Assembly (NCBI GenBank): GCA_008690995.1
Contig: VRMN01000002.1
Location: forward strand, 1,364,001 to 1,428,000
From: Porphyridium purpureum
Taxonomy: Eukaryota
Length of the DNA: 64,000 bases
Direction: 5' to 3'
Shown: in pieces, positions 38,625 to 49,653 of the stretch
How the letters are laid out: each line of letters begins with the position of its first letter
Position numbering within the stretch: position 1 is the stretch's first letter
Made by a program: the position numbers and the translations under genes
Notes under the pieces: generated by a model
What the model saw: only the letters and a program-made list of their open reading frames with translations
Told to the model about the DNA's origin: nothing
Databases searched by the model: none

Positions 38625-40598
38625 TCACAACGCCTTCTTCTTTTCTTCATCCGAAATCGTGCTCCTGTTTTCGGGCATGGCTTCGAGCAGAAACAAGCGC
38701 ACCAGCTTGAAAAGGCGGAGGAATTTTCTTGCGACTCCCGGCTCGTACACAACCATGTTGAGCGCGTCGCAGATCTCGTACGCACGGCGACTGCAAGGGT
38801 ACTGCAGTGGTTTTGGAAGAAGTGTTCGCACACCAGGAACGCGATCCCTGGTAACACTGCGCATAAGGCAGCAGCCGCGAAGGCCTTCAATGCCACCAAA
38901 GCGATCCGAGCCCGATAGCTTAGTGCCTCCGAAAGGAAGGCTCTGGCAGAGGTAGTTGATCGCCCAATCATTCACGTTGCACATGCCAGAGCGCAGCGCA
39001 TAGCTCACACGCTCAGCACGGCGGGTGTCGTTAGAAAATATGGCACCGTTGAGTCCAAAGGGACACTCGTTCATCATTTGCACGAGCTCAGTCTCAGTCT
39101 CAAACTTGAACACTGCCATTACAGGGCCGAACACTTCCTCCTGACTGATGTCCATTTTAGTCGTCACGTCGACCACAAGAGTTGGTGTGAAAAAGGCTCC
39201 CCCGTGTCTCTTTACGAGTTCTGTATCCAGGTGACCTCCACACAACACCCGTGCACCCATGGCCTGTGCGTTGGATACGAGGCCTTCGATGCGTTTCGCC
39301 TCTTTCAAACCCATAGTAAGTGCACCAACGTCCACGTCCGGGTCCGAGTAGTGCCCCTGTCGAATATGGGACACCCGGTCTTGCATGAACTCAACAAATT
39401 TGTCATACAAGCCCGCCTGCACAAAGATGCGCTCAATGCCTATGCAATTTTGGCCGGCATTCTGAAAGCAGCCTCGCAAAGAAAGTTGCCAAACTTGGTC
39501 CCAGTTCGCATCGTTGAAGACTACAAACGGATCCTTGCCACCCAACTCTAGCACAACAGGCAGTAGTCGCTCCGCGGCCGCTTTCGCCACCATCTTGCCT
39601 ACTTTGGTTGATCCAGTAAAGAAGACTTTGTCAACGCCGGGGCACTCTATCAGCGCTACGCCCGTTTCAGCGCCTCCCGTGACAATTTGAACCAGGTCGG
39701 GACTGTGCCCACAAGCCTCCAAGACAGACCGTATTGCGTTCACGTAATACATGCTGCTCCACAACGCATGCTCGGACGGCTTGACGATAAAGGCGTTCCC
39801 AGAAAACAGAGCAGCAATCAAAGGGTTCATGATATTGTGAAACGGATAATTCCACGGCGCAATGGCAGCGATTACACCGAGCGGAACAAACTCAAGGTAC
39901 GCTTTGCGATGCACGGTCATGGGCCCGGTCGAACGGCGCTCTGGTCGAAGCGCAAGCTCGCCCTCTGCACAAATCCAACGCAACTTTTCGCACGTGGTGG
40001 TGATTTCGCCGAGCGAGGCGTCCATCATGGTCTTGCCCGTGTCGAGGCAAGACATTTCGCAAATGGCTCGTTGGTTCAAAAGTACAAATGCGAGTAATTG
40101 GCGCATTAGAATCCGCCGCTGTTCAAAAGAAGTTCTACAAAATTCGACTTGAGCGTCGCGCGCACGCTGAACTCGCAGCAATACGTCCTTCTGGCTCATA
40201 CAAGGCACGCTTCCAAGCTTCTGCAGTGTGGCGCCTGCTTCACAGATCATTTTGCTCGTCGGCTCGGTCAGGGGCAAGCCGTCTGTCCGCGCATCCCTCT
40301 CTTCCGCAGCACCCCATGACTCCACGGTTGGGATCACCACGCGCTGCCTTGGAGGTCCTAGCAGGAGCACAACAACCCAAACCAAGCAACTGACGGACAG
40401 TGTGATCGCAAGCGCCATGATCGCCAGAGTGCCCGCCACCAGCGCAGGCCCAGGCAAAGAAACTAACCATTCGTGCCACGAATGCACCATGTTGCGCAGC
40501 GCTTCTGCGGCCGAAGATGTGCAGGATTCCATCATCAATGCAGTGCTTGCCGCCACACACAAGGTCGTTCTCCCCTCCGATCTCCTCGCGACCGGCAT
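38625..40598 (-). CDS. ALDH22A1: Aldehyde dehydrogenase, ALDH22A/MSC7-like with N-terminal membrane anchor
   Basis: 'DTGKTMMDASLGEI.TTCEKL.W', 'PLGVI.AI.PWNYPFHN', 'FTGS..VG', 'LELGGKDP', 'FQNAGQNCIGIER', 'EEVFGPVM', 'YLCQSLPFGG.K.SG.DRFGG.EGLR'. Exact start codon uncertain. Confidence 0.9.
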   Translation of the reverse strand: MPVARRSEGRTTLCVAASTALMMESCTSSAAEALRNMVHSWHEWLVSLPGPALVAGTLAIMALAITLSVSCLVWVVVLLLGPPRQRVVIPTVESWGAAEERDARTDGLPLTEPTSKMICEAGATLQKLGSVPCMSQKDVLLRVQRARDAQVEFCRTSFEQRRILMRQLLAFVLLNQRAICEMSCLDTGKTMMDASLGEITTTCEKLRWICAEGELALRPERRSTGPMTVHRKAYLEFVPLGVIAAIAPWNYPFHNIMNPLIAALFSGNAFIVKPSEHALWSSMYYVNAIRSVLEACGHSPDLVQIVTGGAETGVALIECPGVDKVFFTGSTKVGKMVAKAAAERLLPVVLELGGKDPFVVFNDANWDQVWQLSLRGCFQNAGQNCIGIERIFVQAGLYDKFVEFMQDRVSHIRQGHYSDPDVDVGALTMGLKEAKRIEGLVSNAQAMGARVLCGGHLDTELVKRHGGAFFTPTLVVDVTTKMDISQEEVFGPVMAVFKFETETELVQMMNECPFGLNGAIFSNDTRRAERVSYALRSGMCNVNDWAINYLCQSLPFGGTKLSGSDRFGGIEGLRGCCLMRSVTRDRVPGVRTLLPKPLQYPCSRRAYEICDALNMVVYEPGVARKFLRLFKLVRLFLLEAMPENRSTISDEEKKKAL

Positions 40599-40766
40599 TA
40601 CTTGACTCGCAGCCACACGCCCTTAACCGGCTAAACGCACATAACGGTTACCGGCTCGTCTCACCTCGATAAGCCGATACGCCGATAAGCTTGGAAGCGT
40701 GCCGGCTCTGCAGATACCAAGAAGTGTCTGCGACTTTGCCCATGGACACGGCTGGGTTCGGGACGG

Positions 40767-41480
40767 ATGGCGTTTGTGAGTGCTTTGCGGCCGACGTGGG
40801 GCACGGACCGCCGCCCGCACGGCAAGTCTGCACGAGTGGTCCGTTTCCTTGGCCACGAATCGTGTCGAGTCGTACAGCAAAGATTCGACCTCCGCGTCCG
40901 AAGCAGACTGAACGTGATTCGGATGGATGCTCAGCAGTCGTCTCCGTCGCCGAAGCTGCACTCGCAGGTGTTTAGTCTGGCCACGCTGAATAGAGATGGA
41001 AGCACAAATATGAACATTGTGACGTACGTGACGCCAGTGTCGATCCATCCGCAGCGACTCTGGGCTCTCAGCCTGTTTGTGGACACACAAAGCCATGAAA
41101 ACTTCACGCGCTCACGCGTGGCACGACTTCAGCTCCTGTGCAAGGACCATGCACGACTTGTTCCACTTCTTGGAAAGCAATCGGGCAGGCACGTGAATAA
41201 AGTTCACGAACTTGCTCGGATGGGAGTTGAGCTGGAGAATGTGGTGGTGCCGTCGGAAAAATCGCTAGAGGACAACCCGGCTTTCGCCTTGCAGGTGCTG
41301 CCTGGAATTCAGGGTTTTGTTGATTTGCGGTGGAATCCTGAACGGCAGGTGTCACGCATTCCTTGCGGAGACCACGACTTGTTCATCTGTGCTCTGGAGT
41401 ACTTTCACGCGTGCGGACCAGACGAACAAGAAGACAACACATTACATACCGATTTTCTTGCCAAATTGACTAGCGACTAG
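40767..41480 (+). CDS. Flavin reductase-like (FMN-binding split barrel) protein, plastid-targeted
   Basis: 'MAFV' transit peptide; 'VFSLAT....STNMNIVTYVTPVS', 'T.SHENF', 'LV.LLGKQSG..VNK', 'GDHDLFIC'. Confidence 0.75.
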   Translation: MAFVSALRPTWGTDRRPHGKSARVVRFLGHESCRVVQQRFDLRVRSRLNVIRMDAQQSSPSPKLHSQVFSLATLNRDGSTNMNIVTYVTPVSIHPQRLWALSLFVDTQSHENFTRSRVARLQLLCKDHARLVPLLGKQSGRHVNKVHELARMGVELENVVVPSEKSLEDNPAFALQVLPGIQGFVDLRWNPERQVSRIPCGDHDLFICALEYFHACGPDEQEDNTLHTDFLAKLTSD

Positions 41481-41541
41481 ACCGGAATTTACACTCACCA
41501 ATAAAGATCTTCAAAGGAGTAGATAATGGTCAGAAATACGG

Positions 41542-43179
41542 CTATGTACATGGTCGGCCCTGCACGCGGCGGATGCGACACTCAAGGAACGAGTCGATAA
41601 TGGCCGCGGTCGTGACACCAATATCGTCACTCACAGTACCACCTGCCATGCTCCACTCGACATGCTCTTTAGGTACTGCCTCGGCAATATTGTAGAACGT
41701 GTTGACGTAACCGGCGCCTCCAATCATACCTTCCCACAGCACGATAGAAAACACGGCCGCTCGTGGGAGAAAGGGCCCAACAAGCACGTGGCACAGTAGG
41801 AGAACAAAATTCACCATTTGCAAAAGCGCCAATATCCAGGTTGCGCGAATCCGCACGAGCCGCACCGACGATCGCGAAAGTAGCACGCCGAGTTGATAGG
41901 TAACGCCAAGCTGGACATAGAGTCGATCGTGACTCACACTGGTATCGCTGGAAGTTGTACTGTCTTCTTGCACATGTGACGGAAAGGCTTCAATGGTCGG
42001 GACCACGCCTTGATTGATCAAATACTCAAACAAGTAGATGAGCATTAGAGACAAGAACCAAGGAAATAGAACGCGCCGCACAAGGCTCCAGCGCTGTGCA
42101 CTCACGCTGAGCGAGCTCGATTCTTGAGGCCGCTCACTGTTGTGTTCAAAGTCCGCCACTTCCGTGGCGACATTCTCCATATCAGCGATCACTCGTGCTG
42201 AGGATGGGGCGTGCGTCGACCCAGAGACAACACGCCGCGAGCTCGGCACGTCATACTTGGGCGTACGAATCACAGAAAAGTAGAGCACAATCGTGCACAG
42301 CACACACGGCGCCACCGTACGAAGCGCATCTTCGGGTGGAAGTGCCATGGGCTGCGTCAGAATCCAGTACAGCGCAGCTCCCACCAAACCGGCAGCGCCC
42401 GTGCCCGACGCCCAGAAGCTCACACACGCACTATCCTCCATTTGCGTGCTTAGACCAAGAAACGTTGCCTCGCCGGTTCCGCCCATGACAGACACGCATG
42501 CGATGCACAAGAGTCGCACAGCCAGATGTTTAACAATCGATGCAACGAACATTGATATCGAGCTGACGACAACAATAACGCAGATGCGAACCGTGTAGCT
42601 CACATGGTGTGCCCAAAGGTTAAACATGAGTTGCGCGATAACACCGGGTACGACATCTGCAAGCAAAACTTCTCCTGCATGGTTGGGCATAAGTTGCTCG
42701 GCGGCGGACAGAACAACGACAAAGGCGAGGTTGTTCAGCAACCCAAAGACAAAGAAACAAAAATGTCGTAGTACAAGTGCACTATCTGTGTGCTGCTGCT
42801 GCTGCTGATGCAGCTCTGGCGCGCCCTGGTGTAGGATCTGATCATGCTGATCTGAGTCGAATGGAACTTGCGTTTCTAACGGAGCCGACGGGCCCCCGCT
42901 GTCCTCACTTAGAGATCCGTCTGAATCATTTTGCACATTCCACAAATCTTTCGCACTGACCGCGGGGGTGCTGATATCATCTCGTTTCGGCAGCACGACG
43001 GGTTCATCCTCGTGCGTCATCACAGTCTGGTTGGTAAACTTCATCACCAACGCGTCAGCCGTTCCTTCACGCAGCGGCTCTTCTACGGCTCCCTTTCTTG
43101 ATGCGGATCTACGACGCAGTGCTGTTCTGCGTGGTACAGCGTCCAGACCGTCCTCCTCCTCCGCATTATCATCATCCAT
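41542..43179 (-). CDS. CLN3: Battenin (CLN3/Btn1) vacuolar/lysosomal membrane protein
   Basis: 'FF.FGLLNNL.FVVVLSAA', 'VLLADV.P', 'GEATFL', 'WASGTGAAGL.GA', 'LIYLFEYLINQGV', 'YQLGV.LSRSS', 'WEG.IGGAGYVNTF'. ATG at 43179. Confidence 0.93.
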   Translation of the reverse strand: MDDDNAEEEDGLDAVPRRTALRRRSASRKGAVEEPLREGTADALVMKFTNQTVMTHEDEPVVLPKRDDISTPAVSAKDLWNVQNDSDGSLSEDSGGPSAPLETQVPFDSDQHDQILHQGAPELHQQQQQHTDSALVLRHFCFFVFGLLNNLAFVVVLSAAEQLMPNHAGEVLLADVVPGVIAQLMFNLWAHHVSYTVRICVIVVVSSISMFVASIVKHLAVRLLCIACVSVMGGTGEATFLGLSTQMEDSACVSFWASGTGAAGLVGAALYWILTQPMALPPEDALRTVAPCVLCTIVLYFSVIRTPKYDVPSSRRVVSGSTHAPSSARVIADMENVATEVADFEHNSERPQESSSLSVSAQRWSLVRRVLFPWFLSLMLIYLFEYLINQGVVPTIEAFPSHVQEDSTTSSDTSVSHDRLYVQLGVTYQLGVLLSRSSVRLVRIRATWILALLQMVNFVLLLCHVLVGPFLPRAAVFSIVLWEGMIGGAGYVNTFYNIAEAVPKEHVEWSMAGGTVSDDIGVTTAAIIDSFLECRIRRVQGRPCT

Positions 43180-43436
43180 CCCTCCTCGATCCCCAAATTC
43201 CAACGACGGGCCTGGTTACTCTCTCCCGGCTTGAAAGGACACGTGCCTGGGAATCCGGTGCGGCAGGGGGATATAAAAAGGACAGAGGACGAAAAGCGCT
43301 GCGGTTAAGGTCGAGGACTGGAGCAGGAGCGCATCGGGTTGTCGCGCGCACGGTTCGTCTGTCATTCGCGACGGCGAAACAAGGGGGCTGAAGAAAAAGA
43401 AAAGAAGGGTGTACGGACGCAGCTCGGAGAAAAGTC

Positions 43437-46400
43437 ATGGACGAGCAAGAGCTTCGGAGGAGAAGGATGGCGAGGTTTGCGGCGTTGGAGCGCAAACCGG
43501 AGCCGCAAGCGCCCGCTGCTCAGAAACATGAAAAGGGTGCCGTAGCTGCTGCAAGCTCGTCAGTAGGCGCGGCACCCACGCCCTCGCCTGAGAATCGCAC
43601 ACCGGTGGCGTCAGTAGCGCCGAAGATCAACGCACAGACTGTCGGTGCACAAAAGAGAGAGTCCGGCATGATAAGCGCGCAAACGCGGCAGAAGGCACCT
43701 GTGCGTCAAGTGGATGAAGCTCAGCTGAGCACACAAGCAATCCTGAGCATTTTTGGCGTGTCGTTTGACGTTTCGTTCCAGTCCACCGACGAGGTGATGT
43801 TGGCCGCCGATCTCGCTAGTGAGCTGTGCGTGGAAAAGGGCCTTGACTCTTTGGATGCGCTGCGGCTTGGCAAGGATGATATTGACCGCGTGCTCGTGCA
43901 CAGGCTGAACCAGGAGCGTGGGAGCCATTTGCGATATTTGGTGAATTGTTTCGAACGTTCACAAACTGAGCTGGGCCGCACTGCTGTCAGCAACTCGTCG
44001 AGCTTGCTCGAGCTGGTAGGCTACGCACAGCATCTTGCGGTCTCATATACGGGCTTACTGCTTGACTGCCCAGCCGCTTTCCTTCCGGAATCGTCTCCAG
44101 CGACTACTGCGTCCCTTTGCGACGAATTTGCTGAGCTTCTTGTGCAGCAGGTGATCCCTGCGTCGCTTGTGCGCAAACTGCTGGAGCGCTTTGTCAATGC
44201 GGATGACGGAGACTTTATTCCTCAGGTGTTCGTGCATATTTTTGGTGGCTTACGTGATCGCGCCCTGAAAAAGTCACTCATCGGCGCAACCTTTCTGCCG
44301 GCACTGCAAGCGCTGGGCACATTAGTACAGGATAAGCGCTTGGCATCGATTTTGACGAGCATGCCAAACTTCATCCCGTCAACGCCCGCTGGGGGCTCGT
44401 TACTGGCAAGCAACACCAATGGGCGCTGGTTCGAGAGCGCATCTTACCTTGGCCCTTTCTTCTCGCCTACTGCGCTGAGAGAGGACCCTTCGGTTGCGAG
44501 GCAGATGTTTCATGACCCGATGAATAGCCTGGAGGCGGATCTGGCCGCGTCAGTAACCACGCTACGAGATTCGCTGAAGTTGCTGAACGATAAGCTGGCC
44601 AGTTTGTGCCTGACACTTCTCCGTTCAGGCGTGGACGTCAAGGACGCGCTGCTGCGTTGGTTTGCGCAGGTTTTGAACCTGAATGCCGACCGGCGTAAAA
44701 TCCAAATTGACTATGGCAAAGTGTCTGCGGACGGGTTCATTCTGAATGTGCTGCACGTGCTGCACAGACTTTGCGCGCCATTTTGTGACCCTCACTCGCC
44801 CAAACTTGCCACCATTGACGCAACGTACACTCTCGCTTCTTTTCGGCTCGATTACTCGGACGAAACACGCCTGGCGGCTGACTCGGCAGATGTTGACCGC
44901 TGGGTAAAGCAAGAACACGTGCTCAGTGTCAGGTCAGAGTACGGCTTTGTTACGGAGTGCTTTTTCATGACACTGCTTGCAAGCAAGTACTTTTTCAAAT
45001 CGATTCTGCAGCTCTATCATGACCTGATGCAGAGTCTGAATCGCGCAAAACAGCGTCATGCAGCGCTGCGCGCGTCCATGGCCTCGGGAAGCGCAAGCGC
45101 ACCTGCGAACGCTCAGATGGAGCGCGAATTGGCTGATGTGAACCGGCAGCTTTCCCTGCTGATGATGCACAAGCTGACATATGACGTCTATGTGCACGAC
45201 GAGGAGTTTCTGAATAATCTGCTAAGATACGCCTCGACCGCCAGTGCTTGGTTCGTATCGGTAGTCAAGAAATCTTCTGGTACAGAAGCGGGGACAGATT
45301 CTGCGCAGATGGAGGAAAGCCAGATTCTACCTCTGCCTACACCAGCGGCGCCGCTGATTCGAAGTTTGCCGGAAGCATGCGTTGAAGTTGTCGCAGACTC
45401 GCTGCTATATCTGGCAAGGTATCGACGCTCCGTGCTCGAGCAGGGCGGCTCCCTGATGGACTCGATCCTGACGTTTGCGGTTATGGTGATTGCTTCCCCA
45501 GAGTACGTGCGCAACCCGTATCTCCGCGCAAACTTGACAGAGTTTATTTTCCAATCGCTGCCAGTGCGAGGCATGGGCAGCGATCTGGATGTAAATCTGG
45601 ATATGGCGCCATCAACTCCGGTGCAGATTATGCTGGAGGGCAACGATTCTGTGCGGAAGCACATGATAGGCGCGCTCTTCCAACTGTACATTGACGTAGA
45701 ACACACCGGCAGCCATAATCAGTTTTACGATAAGTTTTCGATTCGGTGGCACATCTCGTCCATTCTATCGTCGGTCTGGGCTTCTGGATTTGGCAGCTTC
45801 AAGGAGCCTGTGCGACAGGAGAGTCGCAACGTGGACAAGTTTATGAAGTTTATCAACCTTTTACTGAACGATGCCAACTACCTCTTGGACGAGACGCTGT
45901 CATCATTGTCCGAGGTGCACGCGATCGAGGTGCTTATGGACAGCAACAGCGTTGAGTGGACGCAGATGCCGCCTGCAGAGCAGGAGGAGAAGCTCAAACG
46001 GCTCAAGCAGCTGGAGGGAATGCTCAATTCCTACAACTTACTCAGCAATGCGTCCGTCATGTTGCTCAATCTGCTCACAGACGATGCCGTAGTGCGAGAA
46101 GCGTTTCTGCGCCCCGAGATGGTGTCGCGCCTTGCCGACATGGCGAATTATTTCCTTCAGCAATTGTGTGGCCCGCGCTGCCAAGAGCTCGTAGTCAAGA
46201 ATCGCGAAAAGTACGCATGGGAGCCGCGCCTCACCTTGACGCGTATCGTGGCTGTGTATTTGCATTTACACGACGCTCCGGCCTTCATTGAGGCAGTGGC
46301 CCGCGACGGGCGCAGCTATAGTGCCGAGCTGTTTCAGCGCGCCATCGGCATCCTTCGTCGACGCGCCATGCTGGCGCCTGCGGACCTTGCGAAGTTCGAA

Positions 46401-46700
46401 GCCTTTGCGAAGAGCGCCAAGGACTCGGCTGCGATTGACATGGAGGATGAGGATATCCTGGGAGAAATTCCGGATGAGTTCCTGGACCCATTGATGGCCA
46501 CGCTGATGCGCGATCCTGTGCGGCTTCCCACGAGCGGGCACATCATGGACCGCACCGTTATTATGCGCCACCTGCTCAGCGATCCAAGAGACCCATTTAA
46601 TCGCGAAGTACTCGAGCCATCAAGGCTTGAGGACTGTGCGGAGCTGAGGGCGCAAATTGATGCCTTTGTCGCGGAACGCAGAGCGCGGGGTGGCAAGTAG
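43437..46700 (+). CDS. UFD2: Ubiquitin conjugation factor E4 (Ufd2/UBE4B, U-box)
   Basis: 'SYLGPFFS', 'SADGFILN', '[10 protein letters not shown]', '[11 protein letters not shown]', '[18 protein letters not shown]', '[17 protein letters not shown]', and C-terminal U-box '[41 protein letters not shown]'. Confidence 0.96.
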   Translation: MDEQELRRRRMARFAALERKPEPQAPAAQKHEKGAVAAASSSVGAAPTPSPENRTPVASVAPKINAQTVGAQKRESGMISAQTRQKAPVRQVDEAQLSTQAILSIFGVSFDVSFQSTDEVMLAADLASELCVEKGLDSLDALRLGKDDIDRVLVHRLNQERGSHLRYLVNCFERSQTELGRTAVSNSSSLLELVGYAQHLAVSYTGLLLDCPAAFLPESSPATTASLCDEFAELLVQQVIPASLVRKLLERFVNADDGDFIPQVFVHIFGGLRDRALKKSLIGATFLPALQALGTLVQDKRLASILTSMPNFIPSTPAGGSLLASNTNGRWFESASYLGPFFSPTALREDPSVARQMFHDPMNSLEADLAASVTTLRDSLKLLNDKLASLCLTLLRSGVDVKDALLRWFAQVLNLNADRRKIQIDYGKVSADGFILNVLHVLHRLCAPFCDPHSPKLATIDATYTLASFRLDYSDETRLAADSADVDRWVKQEHVLSVRSEYGFVTECFFMTLLASKYFFKSILQLYHDLMQSLNRAKQRHAALRASMASGSASAPANAQMERELADVNRQLSLLMMHKLTYDVYVHDEEFLNNLLRYASTASAWFVSVVKKSSGTEAGTDSAQMEESQILPLPTPAAPLIRSLPEACVEVVADSLLYLARYRRSVLEQGGSLMDSILTFAVMVIASPEYVRNPYLRANLTEFIFQSLPVRGMGSDLDVNLDMAPSTPVQIMLEGNDSVRKHMIGALFQLYIDVEHTGSHNQFYDKFSIRWHISSILSSVWASGFGSFKEPVRQESRNVDKFMKFINLLLNDANYLLDETLSSLSEVHAIEVLMDSNSVEWTQMPPAEQEEKLKRLKQLEGMLNSYNLLSNASVMLLNLLTDDAVVREAFLRPEMVSRLADMANYFLQQLCGPRCQELVVKNREKYAWEPRLTLTRIVAVYLHLHDAPAFIEAVARDGRSYSAELFQRAIGILRRRAMLAPADLAKFEAFAKSAKDSAAIDMEDEDILGEIPDEFLDPLMATLMRDPVRLPTSGHIMDRTVIMRHLLSDPRDPFNREVLEPSRLEDCAELRAQIDAFVAERRARGGK

Positions 46701-47055
46701 ACCTCCGGGATGAGTCGAAAATGCAGCGTTCCGCCAGCCTGATACAGTGCTGCGCTGTTGTGGTCCAATGAAGTTGTTTCAAGGTAAAAGAATGCTGCCA
46801 TTGTATGAAGCGTCACGCCGTCACCCTTGTCTAAAAGGGTACGCACCTCGCCATCGCATCGACCTTCGCGTGTCGTTCCACCTTGGTGCTGCCGCTTCAC
46901 ATCGAAATCCAAAAAATCCCATCTCACGGTACTGTACACTATGCAACTGAACCCCGCTGAAATTCCGTTAAGCGTGCGCACGAAGTGCGGCAGGTGCCGA
47001 AGAGTGAGCAGCAGAAGCGTATGAGTTGTGAGGACGGCTTCGTCTCAGAGACGTC

Positions 47056-48084
47056 ATGGTGGATCTGTCGGAAAAGCTTCTGGAAAAGAAGCGCAGGGAC
47101 GACGCCAAGTACGACGGGTTTGAGAAGAAGAACCCAAGCCATGCGCTGTTCTACCCGCAGTTTGCGCGCGGCTGCCGGTCGGCGTTGCAAGGGCTCAAGT
47201 TTGCCCTCACAGACACGGACGCGCGCGCAATTCTGAAGAAGATGATCCCGAATATTCTCATGGGAACCGGGATTGTGCTGGGCGTGGCGTTCCTGTGGTA
47301 TGTCGCGGAAAATCAGGCCGGCCTGCTGTCAGACGCAACGGATGGTGACGGTCAAGGACAGAGTATTTCGTTCTTGGAGGCATTCTTTAAGAGCTCCAGT
47401 TACGCGACGATTCTGGCGTCCATGGCGCTCAACAAGAAGCTCACAATCGATGACGAAATGTTTATGCTGACGCTGCGAAAGCTCGAGCCAGAGTTTGCCG
47501 ACGTCGTGCAGAAGAGTGAGAGACGCAAGAAGACAGCGAAGGAATACTTGAACAAGCTCACCAGAATTGGGAAGAAGTTGGCGTACCGGCTGGTCGGAAA
47601 GGTAGTACGCAAGGTGAGTCGCAAGGCTGCCTTTTTTGTTGCGCCTTTGATACGTTTCGCCAGCCTACGATTTGTGATGGGGACGCCCTTTGCTGCGGCC
47701 ATGGCCGCTTTGGAGGCTGTTCCTGGCAAACAGCTTCTTGAAGAGCCCATTCTCATGCTCGGGGAGGCCTTTATAGATAGCCTGGACCTTAGCAAGGATA
47801 TTTTGAAGCCCTACCAGAAGCGCCTCCACGACCCCAAGGTCGTGGAGTATATGAATCTGCGCTACCAGGGAAACCTGACAGGCGTGGGTTTCATTTTCGA
47901 ACTATTCATGAACATCCCGATCGTCAGTATTCTGGTGTACATGCTTGCAGAATGCGCCGCTGCGTATGAAGTGATAGAGATCGTGCGCCGAAACAAGGCG
48001 AAAGCCGAAGGTCACAAAGAGCTTCTCGGAGAGGACGCTCTTGCTGCCGAGGCAGAACCAGAGCCAACCAAAAAGGAAAACTAA
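47056..48084 (+). CDS. Multi-pass membrane protein, UsgS/EI24-like
   Basis: 'G..SALQ', several TM segments, 'SL.LSKDILKPY..R', 'GNL.G.GF.F....IPIVSILVY..AE.AAAY.V..I'. This resembles the fungal UsgS family C-terminus as I recall it. Confidence 0.6.
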   Translation: MVDLSEKLLEKKRRDDAKYDGFEKKNPSHALFYPQFARGCRSALQGLKFALTDTDARAILKKMIPNILMGTGIVLGVAFLWYVAENQAGLLSDATDGDGQGQSISFLEAFFKSSSYATILASMALNKKLTIDDEMFMLTLRKLEPEFADVVQKSERRKKTAKEYLNKLTRIGKKLAYRLVGKVVRKVSRKAAFFVAPLIRFASLRFVMGTPFAAAMAALEAVPGKQLLEEPILMLGEAFIDSLDLSKDILKPYQKRLHDPKVVEYMNLRYQGNLTGVGFIFELFMNIPIVSILVYMLAECAAAYEVIEIVRRNKAKAEGHKELLGEDALAAEAEPEPTKKEN

Positions 48085-48297
48085 AATTGTGTCACCCTTT
48101 TGCGATGCATGCGGAAGGCAGGGACCCTTACTGCTCAAAAATGCAACGCATGAACTTGACAGCACGCTAGAAGAGTCAGTTTTTCTCACGTTTCTTTCTT
48201 TTTTTTTTTCTTTCTTTCTTTCCCCATAGACCCTGAAGATTTCGCTAGTTTCTGCGAACAAACACAAGAAAAGCAAGCCACAGATTGCAGCTCCGGT

Positions 48298-49431
48298 TTA
48301 CTTTCTCGACGCCTTCTCAGAAATACCAGAAGTTCCTTCGCGGCGCTCCAACTCACTAAAAACTTGGTCGGGAGTGATTCCCATGTCAGCCCACAAAACG
48401 CTCAAGTGGTACAATAGATCGGCACTTTCCTTGATCACATTCTCGCTGCGGTTCGCGACCGCATCGATCACTACCTCGGTGGCCTCCTCGCCCACTTTCT
48501 GAGCGATCTTCGAGCGACCCTTGGCAAAGAGTTTTGCGGTCCAAGATGAATCCGGATCTGCGCCCTTTCGCGAGCAAACCGTTTCGTACAGATTCTCCAG
48601 GACGTGCGGCTGGTTTACACGCTCCTCCGCGAGTTGCAGTTCTGCCACATGTGTAGGAGCCGGATCCTGAGTAGCGGTTATGGGCCCCAGAATGGCCACA
48701 GCATGCACCTCTACGGCCCGGTTCTCGCCCACTGCATCCACCTTTTCGTGAGTCTTTGCCTTGATGTTGACGCAGTGGAGGGCGCACTGCAGTAAATCGG
48801 CGATATTCTTCCGAATCTGCGCCTTGTGTGGTGACAACTTTGGCCGTTCCAGAATAATGGTCACATCAATATTGCTGACTTGATAACCGAGCGCGACCAT
48901 CCGCTTTCGCGCCTCGCGAACAAACACGTCTGACGGCGCGCCCTTCCAGCGTGGGTCCTTGTCTGAAAACAACTGGCCAATGTCTGGCAGCGACAGCGCA
49001 CCCAACACGGCATCTGTCACGCAGTGCAGCACGGCGTCACCGTCTGAGTGCCCACAGCATCCGCGGTCATGCTCCAGCTTCACCCCGCCAAGAATCAAAT
49101 CGTAGCCCGGCTCGAGCCGATGCAGATCGTACCCGTGGCCAATCCGAATGCCGCCGGCACCATTTGCCGGAGCCGTGTCAAAGACCTCAGCCTCATTCGG
49201 CTTGACCTGAGCCCAATCTGTAGCCGCCGTCGACATCCTGACTCTCCTCCGGAAAGCGGGCTTGGCACGAAAGCCCGCCTTATTGCCCGCCAGTCTCGCG
49301 CGCGTCGGTGCAAACGCCGAGCGCACTCCCTCCGCCGCAAACCCAGCCGTCACAAACAACACACCGCGCGGTACTCCATGGATGCGCTCGTGTGGCATCG
49401 ACGAGCCACACGTCTCACGACGTGATGCCAT
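48298..49431 (-). CDS. ispF-hisE: Fusion: plastid transit peptide + IspF (MEcPP synthase) + HisE (phosphoribosyl-ATP pyrophosphatase)
   Basis: IspF (about 49149-48688): 'RIGHGYDLHRL', 'HSDGDAVLH.VTDA.LGA', 'PDIG.LF', 'NID.TII.ERPKL', 'VNIKAKTHEK'. HisE (about 48603-48301): 'L..LY..V.SRK.ADP.SSWTA.L..KG..KIAQKVGEEA.EV', 'ESADLLYHL.V', 'ELERREGTSGI.EKASR'. Confidence 0.92.
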   Translation of the reverse strand: MASRRETCGSSMPHERIHGVPRGVLFVTAGFAAEGVRSAFAPTRARLAGNKAGFRAKPAFRRRVRMSTAATDWAQVKPNEAEVFDTAPANGAGGIRIGHGYDLHRLEPGYDLILGGVKLEHDRGCCGHSDGDAVLHCVTDAVLGALSLPDIGQLFSDKDPRWKGAPSDVFVREARKRMVALGYQVSNIDVTIILERPKLSPHKAQIRKNIADLLQCALHCVNIKAKTHEKVDAVGENRAVEVHAVAILGPITATQDPAPTHVAELQLAEERVNQPHVLENLYETVCSRKGADPDSSWTAKLFAKGRSKIAQKVGEEATEVVIDAVANRSENVIKESADLLYHLSVLWADMGITPDQVFSELERREGTSGISEKASRK

Positions 49432-49653
49432 ACTGCTCACAGGTTGCGCAGCCGACGGGAGCTGTTCACGCGCTTTGTCGGTGTGTCGCAGAGTTCTTCA
49501 GCTGTGCCGACAAGGCCCTCGGTTTCATATAAAACCGCCCTATTTTAATATGGAAACAACAATAGGGTTTCGTTCTTTTCCCTGCTGCTCTGACGACTTG
49601 ACGCATGGGGCTTGTCAGTTGGTCAAGCACGTGCAAAGAGACGTCGCTCTTGA

